Origin: Candidatus Latescibacterota bacterium
GTDB lineage: Bacteria > Krumholzibacteriota > Krumholzibacteriia > WVZY01
Assembly: GCA_963791045.1 (NCBI GenBank)
Contig: CAWBQK010000009.1
Span: 96,001 to 160,000 of the forward strand
Direction: 5' to 3'
DNA length: 64,000 bases
Part shown: piece after piece, positions 10,360 through 20,084 of the stretch
How the letters are laid out: each line of letters opens with the position of its first letter
Position numbering within the stretch: the first letter of the stretch is position 1
Notes under the pieces: generated by a model
Seen by the model: only the letters and a program-made list of their open reading frames with translations
The model's database searches: none
Told to the model about the DNA's origin: nothing
Program-made: the position numbers and the translations under genes

Positions 10360-11766
10360 CTACAGAGAGAAAGAAAAACCAATAATAAAGAGCATGCGCT
10401 GATACGTCACATTGCTGACCAGCTGCAGATTTTCGGGAATGTCCACTTCCTCTTCCAATTCGGGAATGTAAGCCACTTGAACGTCGCTCGCGCCGCGCGC
10501 GTACTGGACCCCGGCTGTCAGATCGAGACCGGCGATTATGAAGGCGGCGCCCGTTGATACGTGGTAAAGATCCCATTCGGTTACGGAGGTCTGCGTGCTC
10601 GGGCTCGGCACCGCAGCGGAACGGTCAGTAAGAAAGCTTAGATACCCGGTGAGCGTTTTGTTGAACACGTGTTGCACGCCGAACGCCATGTTAAAGACCG
10701 ATGTCAGTTCTTGGGATACTCGATTTTTGATCGAAACGCCGGGGATATCCGTCGGGATGGGCTCTACATTCAGCACGTCGTAATGGTCGACCGAGTTGAA
10801 CCACTCCGCGCTTACATGAAGCGATGTGTGCCCCCAGCGGTAGGATCCTCCCGCCGCTATCGAGAACGGCGAGCGGTAGTCCGGCTCCAGGTCCTGTTGT
10901 GAATCCGCCAGAAGCCGAGAGTCCGGCTGGCCGTCGCCGTCGACATCCATCCCAATAATCGACCGGTTGAAATACGCGTCACCCCAACCGAATAACCCCA
11001 CGCTGGGAGTCGTTATCGCCACACCCAGAGTGACGGGATCATCGTCCCAGGCGAGCCCGAATTTCCACACCAGCCTGAAATGGGAATAGCTGAATGCGTC
11101 GGTAAAATCCAATCCCATCCCATAACCATTGTCCGCCACCGCGTTGATCGTCTTCTGGATGCGGGTCCTCTGCCCTCTGTAAGCGACGTACATCGTGCCG
11201 CCAAACCCCACGGTCGGCGAAATCTTGTTTGACCATGTGGCGCCAAACCAGTTCTCCCCCATGTCCTGGTCGGAATAAAACTCAGCGGAATAATCCACCG
11301 AGTCAGGATATTCAGCTATCATCCCCTCCCCGGCGACACTTCTATTAAGACGTACTTTGAATTCCTGCCGGGTCAGTGCCGAATACGCGAGCTGACCGCG
11401 GAGCCAACTGGAAGGAAACAAACCCGTAAAAAGGCTCGGCGCGGGACCGAACCGCGTGTTGGAGAGAGGTTCAATGGCGTCGGATTCGCCGTCAACTTTA
11501 ATATCCACGAGTTCGAACGCGTTCGCACTGAGCAGCACGTCGGGGTTCTCCATCAACGCGATCGTACCGGGGTTGTAGAACGTGGCACTGAGATCCAGAA
11601 AGCTCCCAACAACGGCGCCGCCGAGAAGCTGTGCACGGGTACCGTACTGCTGTGTCCAATAGTGCGTGTCCTGGGCGTTGACAGGCGTGGCGAGCACTGC
11701 GAGCATTGACGCCGCGGCGAATAGGGCGACAATTAGAAGAGATTTCTGCGGGTATCTATTATTCAT
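10360..11766 (-). CDS. FadL/OmpP1-like outer membrane transporter
   Basis: 468 aa; signal peptide, N-terminal GTRAQLLGGA...DLSATFYNPG hatch motif, beta-strand C-terminus. Confidence 0.65.
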   Translation of the reverse strand: MNNRYPQKSLLIVALFAAASMLAVLATPVNAQDTHYWTQQYGTRAQLLGGAVVGSFLDLSATFYNPGTIALMENPDVLLSANAFELVDIKVDGESDAIEPLSNTRFGPAPSLFTGLFPSSWLRGQLAYSALTRQEFKVRLNRSVAGEGMIAEYPDSVDYSAEFYSDQDMGENWFGATWSNKISPTVGFGGTMYVAYRGQRTRIQKTINAVADNGYGMGLDFTDAFSYSHFRLVWKFGLAWDDDPVTLGVAITTPSVGLFGWGDAYFNRSIIGMDVDGDGQPDSRLLADSQQDLEPDYRSPFSIAAGGSYRWGHTSLHVSAEWFNSVDHYDVLNVEPIPTDIPGVSIKNRVSQELTSVFNMAFGVQHVFNKTLTGYLSFLTDRSAAVPSPSTQTSVTEWDLYHVSTGAAFIIAGLDLTAGVQYARGASDVQVAYIPELEEEVDIPENLQLVSNVTYQRMLFIIGFSFSL

Positions 11767-11821
11767 TGTTTTCGATGCTCATCGATGCCACCGGTTGATT
11801 CACCCTCGAGTCACACTTCCG

Positions 11822-12379
11822 CTAGCTCGGGGGAAAGCGCTTGAGCATTTTCTTTACTGCGTCTTCTATGATCGGCCTGTTTTCTCGTGGCCCCGCTTGA
11901 TAGTTCATCTCGGTCATTGATGTTCCCCGCCATATGAGTCGTCGCGACTCCGGATCAAAAATGTCGACAATGATTGTTCCGATGTCCCACTCTTCCGTAT
12001 AACGTGTCGTCACCCTCGGGGCAAAAACCATGTAGTTCATGTACTCGTAGTAGTTCTCGATGTTCCTCTGGTTTAGTTCCTGATCGAGCGCCGCGTGATA
12101 GATCACAAAAAAATCGGGACTGTCAGGGTTCTTCATGTATCCGCGGTCGGCGAGAGCCGCGTCGATAACGTCGGTCAAAGCTTTCCTCACTTTCGGATCG
12201 TTCAGGCGGCGGTCGTCCGAGTCGAATTCGTCCACCGGCAGCCAATTCCAAGTTCGGAAGCTTTTGAAATCTCCTTCAGGGTCAAACTCCGTATGTATCG
12301 TTGTTGGCGAACACCCCATGGTCATCAGCATCATCGCCAACATTATTGTCGCGATCGAAAGCAATAGAACGGATTTCAT
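11822..12379 (-). CDS. DUF4136 family lipoprotein (copy 4)
   Basis: ATG 12379 with AGGAAGG upstream; lipobox TMGC; DFKSFRTWNW, GTIIVDIFD...LIWRG, FPP. Confidence 0.85.
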   Translation of the reverse strand: MKSVLLLSIATIMLAMMLMTMGCSPTTIHTEFDPEGDFKSFRTWNWLPVDEFDSDDRRLNDPKVRKALTDVIDAALADRGYMKNPDSPDFFVIYHAALDQELNQRNIENYYEYMNYMVFAPRVTTRYTEEWDIGTIIVDIFDPESRRLIWRGTSMTEMNYQAGPRENRPIIEDAVKKMLKRFPPS

Positions 12380-12693
12380 CTTGCGCCTTCCTTTGACCAT
12401 CTTGATCTGCCGGGCCTCCGCGAACGTGTTCAACGCACGCACTTTTCCGGTGAGATTTTTCTCCTCGTGGCGACTAGTCTATCAGGAGGACCGCGCAAAT
12501 GCAAGAATCCATAACTTTCTTAAGTGTTGGGGGTTGACGCGCTCGGCGGCGAGGCCGGATCCAGTGTCAGACGGCGGCGGCGACGTTCACCAGCGTTGCA
12601 TTGACATTGTGTTGCCGTAGTGTCAGTCACGGCAAGAAGCTCGACTTGCGTTTGTCGCGGTGCCGTCCGTGGCGCACGAACTCTGCCCGCGTT

Positions 12694-12767
12694 CGTCGTG
12701 GCCGCGCAACATGTTCGTTGTCGCACCGTCCGTCGTGGCAGCGCAACACGTTCGTTGCCGCACCGCC
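12694..12767. repeat. 37-bp tandem direct repeat (2 copies, 4 mismatches)
   Basis: CGTCGTGGCCGCGCAACATGTTCGTTGTCGCACCGTC (12694-12730) followed by CGTCGTGGCAGCGCAACACGTTCGTTGCCGCACCGCC (12731-12767). Confidence 0.9.
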
Positions 12768-13034
12768 CTTCGCGCGAGGCCCTGCTTGCGATCGTATTCG
12801 TGTCACCCAGCAAGCGTGAGCGCCATGGCAACCATCGAAACTTTTTCGTTTTTGTTTCATTTTTTTCTTGACGGCTTTTTGAACGCGTTTTTTTGTTCGT
12901 CGCGATCGTGTTGTGATTTTGTGTTGTGCGTTATTGTGCGCGCCGTGGGAACGTCTTGATTTTATCGAGACGTTTTTGTTTTGTCGTGTCGTGTTATGCG
13001 TTGTCGCATGCCGTGCGGAAGCCAAAAACCCTCG

Positions 13035-13043
13035 TGTTATAAT
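13035..13043 (+). promoter_or_regulatory. Extended -10 promoter upstream of the HNH gene
   Basis: Perfect TGnTATAAT (TGTTATAAT). Confidence 0.6.
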
Positions 13044-13124
13044 ATTAGTGTTGACGATCCTCCCCGTTGACACGTGCAGCTGTCGTAAGTCAACATCCAC
13101 GACGTTTTCCCCGGGAGGTTCCCC

Positions 13125-14439
13125 ATGGCTCCAATCATCGCTCGCAAGTCTTTCCGACAAGATGCTCCTCTCCCGCCTCCACAAACTCGTCGCACGGGAG
13201 AAACAAACAACGCTATCAATCCTGCTTCATCTCGCCGAAGTCGAACGAAGAGATCTCTATCTCGAGTACGGGTTCAGTTCGCTCTTTGACTATTGTGTGG
13301 GCGCCCTCGGGTACTCACGCTCGGCGGCGGGCCGAAGAATCGCTACGGCCCGGTGCGTCTACCGTTACCCCGAGATCTTTGATCTTCTTGATTCGGGCGA
13401 GGTGAACTTGAGTACAGTCGGTCTTGTCGCGCCCGTACTCGACGCCAAAAACAAGGACCTTCTTTTCGGCGAAATCAAGGGCAAGACCCAGCGCCAGGTC
13501 GAGTCGATTGTCGCCAGATACAAACCACCGGTGGCGTACCGTGACCGGGTGCGGCCGGTCCGAGTGGCCGTGCCGCCGAATACCCAGAACCCCACGAATC
13601 GCCGTAACCCGTTGATTTTTAACTCCCGCTGCGGGAGTACTCATCGAAGTAATTCCGGAATAGTTGAATCGGATGGGCGAGAAGGGCGAATTTCGAAAGA
13701 CGAGGCATTCGCCAGGCTCGGGTCGCAGCCGTCCACAAAACCGATTGGCGACCTAACGAAAACCGACCCGCGGAATCCCTCAACTTCGAAAAGCACAGAT
13801 GGCACGTCCCGGATAGAAAAGCGATTGCTCATTCAGTTTCTTGCGAGTGAAGCATTCATGGGCAAGCTCGACGAGGTCAAGTCGCTACTGTCGAACAAGA
13901 TGCCCGGCGCTACTTTCGAAGAGGTTTTTGAAGCAGTCATGGACGAGTTCATCGATCGGCACAGCCCGGAGGCGCGCCACAAACGACGGGAGAAACGCCG
14001 GACCAAGAAGCTCGAGGAACAAAACGAGAAACAAGATCGGGAACCCAAGCGCAAAGGAAAGGCCGACGGAAACAAACGACGAAACGATAAGCAGAAACCC
14101 ACGGGAAAAGGAGGGGCTGTCGGGAACGAACGACGAACAGAGAAGCGGCAGCCCGCTATTGCTCGTATGGGCGCCGAAAACAAACGCACGCGGCACATTT
14201 CAGCGGAGGTAAAAGACACCGTGTTCAAACGCGACGGTGGGAAGTGCACGTTCATCGGCAAAGATAACAAACGCTGCAACTCGACATGGGGGCTCGAGAT
14301 CGACCACGTCAAGCCGTTCGCAAAGGGCGGCGGAAATACCAAAGACAACCTGAGGCTTCTGTGCGGGAGACATAATCGTCTGGCCGCCGAGAAGGTTTAC
14401 GGCAAAGGGTTCATGGAAGGGCACTACAAGAGAGAATAG
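13125..14439 (+). CDS. HNH endonuclease with long N-terminal helical domain (DUF222-like architecture); 5' frame ambiguity
   Basis: C-terminal RDGGKC...C....LEIDHVKPFAKGGGNTKDNLRLLCGRHN; N-terminal LSDKMLLSRL..LV..E...LHLAEVERRDLY...GFSSLFDYC...LGYS. The RBS-associated ATG 13125 is out of frame; the first in-frame ATG is 13162. Confidence 0.85.
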
Positions 14440-14464
14440 ACGTCGAGGAAATCGCCCGACCCCG

Positions 14465-15376
14465 TCAATCAGAATCATTCGAACGGCCACCGTCCCGCCC
14501 GACAGCATCAGATTCCGATTCGCCCGAAACATAAGCATCGATACGTGCGGCGAGCTTGTCGATCGCCGTCTGCTGGGATTCCTTGATTTTCTTCCGGGCG
14601 ATGCTCTTCTGGATCCCACCCATCCCAACGGTCCTGGAATAGTTGACATAGTAGAGCGCGAGCCCGCCGGGAACGGCAACAAACGCCTTGATGCTTTCTT
14701 TGAAATAAACGGGCTGATAATCATCTCCCCCGTCATTCTTGATCGCCTGGGAATGCTGAATGGAAACACCCTCCCGGCGGAACTCATCCAGATGGCTGCA
14801 GTACTTGATCGGCGACAAGAGCACTTTAACGCCTTCCAGTTCGAGACAGGTTTCGTCACCTTCCCTTTTTATCTCTTTGATTCGCGAAGATACGCTTTTG
14901 CGAAAATCGGGATCGACATAGATCCGGAGCGCGGCTTCAGGTGTAATATTCGGGTGGTCGAAGAATGCCAACACTTCCGTGCGGACAAAACTCTTTTCGA
15001 ATTTCGTCACCATTTTTCCGAGAGCGTCGGAGTCCTTTCCGGTCAGAAAACCCGGGTCGAGTGCGGTCACCGTTATGAACGGACTTCTTTCCCCTTTCAA
15101 CAGCAGTTCGAACTGTCTCGACACGTCGGCAAATATACGCTGGCGTATCCCCTCGGCCAGATCCGAAGCATAGCCCTCATCGAACTCTTTCTTCTTCTCG
15201 GTCGCATAGAGTTCAACCTGCCCGGGAACGCGTTCGTGGATCGTGAGAGACTCTCCCCACCGCTCAACCGAGAGAACAGTTTCCTCCACGGTTTCCGCCC
15301 GAAGCCCGGACACGGCGCCAGCCACCAACGAAACAATCGCAAAACCCACAAACATCAGTCGTGGAAACAACTTCAA
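14465..15376 (-). CDS. Exported hypothetical protein
   Basis: 303 aa ORF with signal peptide and GGAGG RBS (start may be TTG 15370); no family recognised. Confidence 0.65.
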   Translation of the reverse strand: MKLFPRLMFVGFAIVSLVAGAVSGLRAETVEETVLSVERWGESLTIHERVPGQVELYATEKKKEFDEGYASDLAEGIRQRIFADVSRQFELLLKGERSPFITVTALDPGFLTGKDSDALGKMVTKFEKSFVRTEVLAFFDHPNITPEAALRIYVDPDFRKSVSSRIKEIKREGDETCLELEGVKVLLSPIKYCSHLDEFRREGVSIQHSQAIKNDGGDDYQPVYFKESIKAFVAVPGGLALYYVNYSRTVGMGGIQKSIARKKIKESQQTAIDKLAARIDAYVSGESESDAVGRDGGRSNDSD

Positions 15377-15506
15377 CCTCCGAAAAATTCACAATGGATC
15401 ACAAACCGTACGTGCCTATATTTATACAATATAAAGGAATCAGAGTTCACATTTCCAGTCAGGTTGGGTCTCGCGGCCCTCTACTACCAGGAAGCATATC
15501 CGACAG

Positions 15507-16565
15507 TTACTTGAGCGCAGTCCTGAAGGCGACGCCGTAGATATCCCACACGGTAACAAAAAGTGCGGCGACAACTGGACCAAGGATGAACCCGACGACA
15601 CCAAACGACATGATCCCGCCCAGGGTGGCGAAGAGAATCAACAGTTCGTGAAGTTTGGCATCGCGGCCGACGAGGATGGGACGAAGAATATTATCCGCGC
15701 TCCCGACAACAAGCCCGCAAAACAACCCAAGAAGAATGCCCTTGAGAATCTGCCCGACGGCCAGAAAATAGAACACCGCCGGCGCCCACACGAGCGCCGT
15801 TCCGATGCCCGGTATGACCGAAAGCATCACCATTATGGTTCCCCAGAACACGGCGCCTTGAACCCCGGCAACGGCCAGCGCGAACCCGGCGAGCCCGCCC
15901 TGAACGACTCCGATAACCAGAGTGCCCTTTATGGTAGCGCGGCTCACCGACGCAAACTTGCCCACGAGATTCTCTTTGTCCGTGTCCTGCAGCGGAATGT
16001 ACGAAAGAAACTTGTCGAGCAGCGTCCTTCCATCTTTGAGAAAGAAGAACATGGCGTATAACATGAGCGAGAGTTGAAAAAAGAACGCCACCGTCCGGCG
16101 CGTTGTGGTGGAAAGCCCGGCGACGAGGAAGTTGCCGATCGTTCCCGCCGCCTGGCCGAGTTTTTTGAGAATCTCCACACGGTAGGGCTCGATCCGCTCG
16201 AGCACCGGATAATCGGCGACCATCTTTGTAAAGAGGTCCGGTTTGTTCACCTGTTTCTCGATCCACGGCCCGGCCACCACGGCCACGCTCAATGCCTGCG
16301 AAGCCACAACCCCCAGAAACGTGAGAAGCGGCCCCACGATCAGCACAAGAATCAATATCAAAGAAAGAACCGACGCCAGGGCACGCCGCCCCCGGCAGAG
16401 CCTGACCAGCCAATTGAAAAGCGGCTGCGCGAGCGCGCTGAATATGGCAGCCAGGAGAATCGTAAGAAGAAACTGGCGGATCATCGACACAAACATCGCG
16501 GATATCGCAACGAGCAAGACAACGAGAAACACGATCCGGACTCTGTCTTGACTGGGTTGTGCCAT
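15507..16565 (-). CDS. AI-2E family transporter
   Basis: Multi-pass membrane protein with FFFLKDG, IPGIGTALVWAP, DNILRPIL, GFILGP motifs; ATG 16565 with GGAGGA RBS. Confidence 0.9.
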   Translation of the reverse strand: MAQPSQDRVRIVFLVVLLVAISAMFVSMIRQFLLTILLAAIFSALAQPLFNWLVRLCRGRRALASVLSLILILVLIVGPLLTFLGVVASQALSVAVVAGPWIEKQVNKPDLFTKMVADYPVLERIEPYRVEILKKLGQAAGTIGNFLVAGLSTTTRRTVAFFFQLSLMLYAMFFFLKDGRTLLDKFLSYIPLQDTDKENLVGKFASVSRATIKGTLVIGVVQGGLAGFALAVAGVQGAVFWGTIMVMLSVIPGIGTALVWAPAVFYFLAVGQILKGILLGLFCGLVVGSADNILRPILVGRDAKLHELLILFATLGGIMSFGVVGFILGPVVAALFVTVWDIYGVAFRTALK

Positions 16566-16683
16566 GTGAGACGATCCTCCCATCAGCGATCAAACAACCG
16601 TACGCGCCGGCTCACGCCGGTTCCCGCCGACCGATGCGTGCGACCAATCAAATACCCTGTATACCGTCGCGATCCTGCCGAGA

Positions 16684-17457
16684 TTACCAGATCTCTCTCT
16701 GAGCAGAGACATCGTAGACCCTGAGTGCGAATCCGGGCATTTCTCCGACTATTTCCGGGTAACCGTCCCCATTCATGTCGATCAGCCTGATTCGTGTTCC
16801 GAACGTGCCCGATGCCACATTGCTCGGCTCCACCGTGTAAAACCGCGAGTCGATTATCTTTCCGGTGTTGAGAATGATTTCCGGTTGAGGATCATCATCG
16901 ACGTTGGCCACGAGAATCTCCTGCGCCTCGTAGCGATCCTGACTCCGCCATTCCAGGGCCGTGCTCTCGCTGTCATAGATATTGAGGAAGCCATCGCCAA
17001 TAAAGATCAACTCTTTTTGCGGGTCGTTGTCAATGTTCTCGATCGCCATACAGGAAATGGTTTCGAAGGGCTCGAGAAAGTTCTCGCCGAGACGCTCGAA
17101 ATTGATGGCATCAAAAACAATAATCCGCCCCCTCGCCGTCGACACGACCAGATGCGGCGGACCACCCTCTCTCAACTCGGTGACGTTGAGCGACGTGACG
17201 GCTGAACCCATGGTGGCCGTTTCCCAGATCATCTCGGTGCGGTCGCCCTTGACACCATACACGTGGAGATGAGCCGCCACATCCGAGTACAAGAATCTGA
17301 CGGGGTGCTCCTCTGTGCCATCGAGTACGACAAAATATTTGTAAGCCGTATCAAACTTCTCGAGCAAATTGACGTTGAGTTCGGCGGATGTCGCCACATC
17401 GCTGCAACCAACATTGGTGACAAAAAACAAAAAAACCATAAGGACGATTTTCTTCAT
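16684..17457 (-). CDS. Putative lipoprotein with FG-GAP/VCBS-like Ca-binding repeats
   Basis: Lipobox NVGC; repeats NIDNDPQKELI, NVDDDPQPEII, DMNGDGYPEIV. Confidence 0.65.
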   Translation of the reverse strand: MKKIVLMVFLFFVTNVGCSDVATSAELNVNLLEKFDTAYKYFVVLDGTEEHPVRFLYSDVAAHLHVYGVKGDRTEMIWETATMGSAVTSLNVTELREGGPPHLVVSTARGRIIVFDAINFERLGENFLEPFETISCMAIENIDNDPQKELIFIGDGFLNIYDSESTALEWRSQDRYEAQEILVANVDDDPQPEIILNTGKIIDSRFYTVEPSNVASGTFGTRIRLIDMNGDGYPEIVGEMPGFALRVYDVSAQREIW

Positions 17458-17599
17458 AACGGGGATCTCCTTTCGCAGCCCCTTGGGCCGGTCGATTAAC
17501 TTTCAGATATATGATACCATTATATTTAAACACCCGAAAGATAAAGCTTTTCCCAAAAAAGCCCCCAGTGTATACTAGCCGCAACCAAGGAAACCACTT

Positions 17600-18145
17600 A
17601 TGAAGACCGTTTTGAGCATAGCCGTCATCGCTATCGTCGTATTCGTTGCCGGATGTTCCTCGATGAGCGTGCATCACGATGTGGACAAGTCCGCCGATTT
17701 CTCCGTTTACAAGACTTTCCGCTTCACAGATTCCGCAGACATCGATACCGGCGCCGACGCGGATCAGACCGATTCCAAGGACTCTCCGATGGGGCATGCC
17801 GAATCGACGACAAGAGAGTTGCTCGTGGAGAAAGGGCTGAAATTCGATCCCGATAATCCGGACCTTTTGGTCACATTCCACAGCGGCGAAGAAAACAAAA
17901 TCGATGTGGACGGCTTCGGGTACTCGTACAGCGGCGAATATTCTGGATGGCAGGACGCAGGAATTGGTATTTATCCATACAAAGAGGGGACACTCGTTGT
18001 CGATCTCGTCGACGCGAGGACAAAAAATCTCGTGTGGCGGGGCTCGGCCCAGGGGGTCATGTATACCGGGACAAAGGGGCAACGCAACAAGTTGATTACA
18101 AAGGCGCTCAATGAGATGTTTGAGAAGTACCCGCCCTCATATTAG
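17600..18145 (+). CDS. DUF4136 family lipoprotein (copy 5)
   Basis: Lipobox VAGC; ADFSVYKTF, PDLLVTFH, YKEGTLVVDLVD..LVWRG, YPP. Confidence 0.9.
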   Translation: MKTVLSIAVIAIVVFVAGCSSMSVHHDVDKSADFSVYKTFRFTDSADIDTGADADQTDSKDSPMGHAESTTRELLVEKGLKFDPDNPDLLVTFHSGEENKIDVDGFGYSYSGEYSGWQDAGIGIYPYKEGTLVVDLVDARTKNLVWRGSAQGVMYTGTKGQRNKLITKALNEMFEKYPPSY

Positions 18146-18191
18146 TCAAAACTATCGAATCCATATTTGACCGGAAAAAAGGAGACCGTAG

Positions 18192-19193
18192 ATGCCCTTC
18201 AACATTCGACACCGGCATTTTCTCAAGCTCGAAGATTTCACACCGGAAGAAATCATGTTCCTGCTCAATCTCTCGAAAGATCTCAAGGCGGCTAAATACG
18301 CCGGGCTCGAGGCGCCGCGGATGACGGGCAAAAATATCGCCTTAATTTTCGAAAAAACCTCGACGCGCACGAGATGCGCGTTCGAAGTCGCAGCGTACGA
18401 CCAGGGCGCCCACGTGACCTATCTCGGGCCCTCGGGATCGCAGATCGGGCACAAGGAATCGATGAAGGACACGGCGCGTGTGCTGGGACGGATGTACGAC
18501 GGAATCGAGTACAGGGGTTTTGGTCAGAGTATCGTCGAAGAGTTGGCCGAATATGCCGGGGTTCCCGTTTGGAACGGGCTGACCGATGAATTTCACCCCA
18601 CGCAGATCGTCGCCGACTTCTTAACCATGATGGAGCACACGGATAAGCCTCTAAAACAAGTGAAGTTCTGCTATCTCGGCGACGCAGGGAACAATGTGGC
18701 CAATTCGCTCCTCGTCGGCGCGGCCAAGCTGGGGATGGACGCCCGGTTCGCCGCCCCCAAGGAATGCTGGCCCGAACCGGACCTCGTCGAGAGGTGCAAG
18801 ATTCTGGCAAAATCGAGCGGCGCCAAACTCAGAATGACCGAGAACGTCACGACCGGTGTCAAGGGCGCCGACTTTCTTTACACGGATGTATGGGTCTCGA
18901 TGGGTGAGCCCGAGTCCAAGTGGAAGGAACGAATCAAACTTCTCAAGCCGTACCAGGTGAATGCCAAGGCGATCGCGGCGACCGGAAACCGCAATGTCAA
19001 ATTCCTCCACTGTCTTCCCGCGTTTCACAACAGGGAGACCAAGGTCGGAGAGGACATTTACAAGAAGTACAAGTTGGACGGGCTGGAGGTTACCGAAGAC
19101 GTTTTTGAGTCGCCGCACTCGATAGTGTTCGACCAGGCGGAGAACCGCGTCCACACGATCAAAGCTATCATGGTGGCGACAATCGGCGACTGA
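18192..19193 (+). CDS. argF: Ornithine carbamoyltransferase (ArcB/ArgF family)
   Basis: STRTR, HPTQ, DVWVSMG, HCLPAFH and QAENR motifs. Confidence 0.95.
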   Translation: MPFNIRHRHFLKLEDFTPEEIMFLLNLSKDLKAAKYAGLEAPRMTGKNIALIFEKTSTRTRCAFEVAAYDQGAHVTYLGPSGSQIGHKESMKDTARVLGRMYDGIEYRGFGQSIVEELAEYAGVPVWNGLTDEFHPTQIVADFLTMMEHTDKPLKQVKFCYLGDAGNNVANSLLVGAAKLGMDARFAAPKECWPEPDLVERCKILAKSSGAKLRMTENVTTGVKGADFLYTDVWVSMGEPESKWKERIKLLKPYQVNAKAIAATGNRNVKFLHCLPAFHNRETKVGEDIYKKYKLDGLEVTEDVFESPHSIVFDQAENRVHTIKAIMVATIGD

Positions 19194-19261
19194 CCCGCGC
19201 TGTCTCACCACGGCACCGCGAGCAATCACGGAGAATGTTTATGAAAGCAAAGGAGTGGCAC

Positions 19262-19948
19262 ATGAGAAAATGGATTCCAGGTGTCGTTGCGGCCGTCATG
19301 CTGATCGCCGTCGTTCTTCCCAACGCGGCGATGGCGCAGAGCTGGAAAATGAGAGTCTCCGGCGGATTGAGCAACGCGAACTTATACGGTGGATCCACGA
19401 TGTTTGGATCGGAAGACAGGAACGGATTCGCCGCATTGCTGGCCGCGGAGTACCTCCGGCAAGAAGAGGATACGTGGGGTTTTGAGTTTGGCCTCGGTTA
19501 CGTAGAAAAAGGAGCCAAAGGCCAGATCCAGTACAATCCCGCGGACCCATACGAACCGCTCCCCGAAGGCTTCGATTTAGACGGAGAGTTTAAACTCGGT
19601 TATATCGAACTGAACCTCTTATTCAACGCGCACCTGATGACGAGCAAAACAACCGAACTCAGGGTCTACTTGGGACCATCGCTGGGGAACCTCGTCAGCG
19701 CGAAATTGACGGGCACCGAGAGCGGTGAGAACGTTGACGAAGACATCAAAGACAACATCGACACGTTCGACTTCGGAGCAACCGCGGGCGTCGCATTCGC
19801 CTACGAGTTCAGCAAGCTCTCCGTTTATGCCGAGGTACGCGGAATAATGGGTGGCACATCGATCACGAAAGAGGAGCTCGAATCGGATGTGAAGACCCGC
19901 ACACTCCTGTTTATGGCTGGCATCGAGATACCCCTCACCGGCAAATAG
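19262..19948 (+). CDS. Porin-family / PorT-like outer membrane beta-barrel
   Basis: ATG 19262 with AAGGAG RBS; signal peptide AMA; YVEKGAK, KLGYIEL, YLGPSLG, FDFG motifs. Confidence 0.75.
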   Translation: MRKWIPGVVAAVMLIAVVLPNAAMAQSWKMRVSGGLSNANLYGGSTMFGSEDRNGFAALLAAEYLRQEEDTWGFEFGLGYVEKGAKGQIQYNPADPYEPLPEGFDLDGEFKLGYIELNLLFNAHLMTSKTTELRVYLGPSLGNLVSAKLTGTESGENVDEDIKDNIDTFDFGATAGVAFAYEFSKLSVYAEVRGIMGGTSITKEELESDVKTRTLLFMAGIEIPLTGK

Positions 19949-19988
19949 AGCGCGGATCGAACCCCGGAATTCAACCGGGCACAAACAA

Positions 19989-20040
19989 CGAACCACCCAG
20001 GACCTCTGAAATTACGACGGTCCCGGGTGGTTCGCTTTTT
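19989..20040 (+). terminator. Intrinsic terminator
   Basis: CGAACCACCCAGGACC / GGTCCCGGGTGGTTCG stem followed by TTTTT, between convergent genes. Confidence 0.7.
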
Positions 20041-20084
20041 ATCTGTCTTCGATGATTGTCGCCGATCGCCGCGACCGGCAAGGA

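Noticed and set aside
12694-12767. 37-bp repeats as a CRISPR array
   Set aside because: Only two directly abutting copies, no spacer and no cas genes.
12627-13184. 185-aa minus-strand ORF
   Set aside because: K/R/N-rich translation of the T-rich non-coding tract; no protein-like features.
12913-14439. HNH protein as IscB/Cas9-like nuclease; ORF start at 12913
   Set aside because: No PLMP or split RuvC motifs and the HNH is terminal. The 12913-13124 extension is low-complexity and contains the promoter and RBS.
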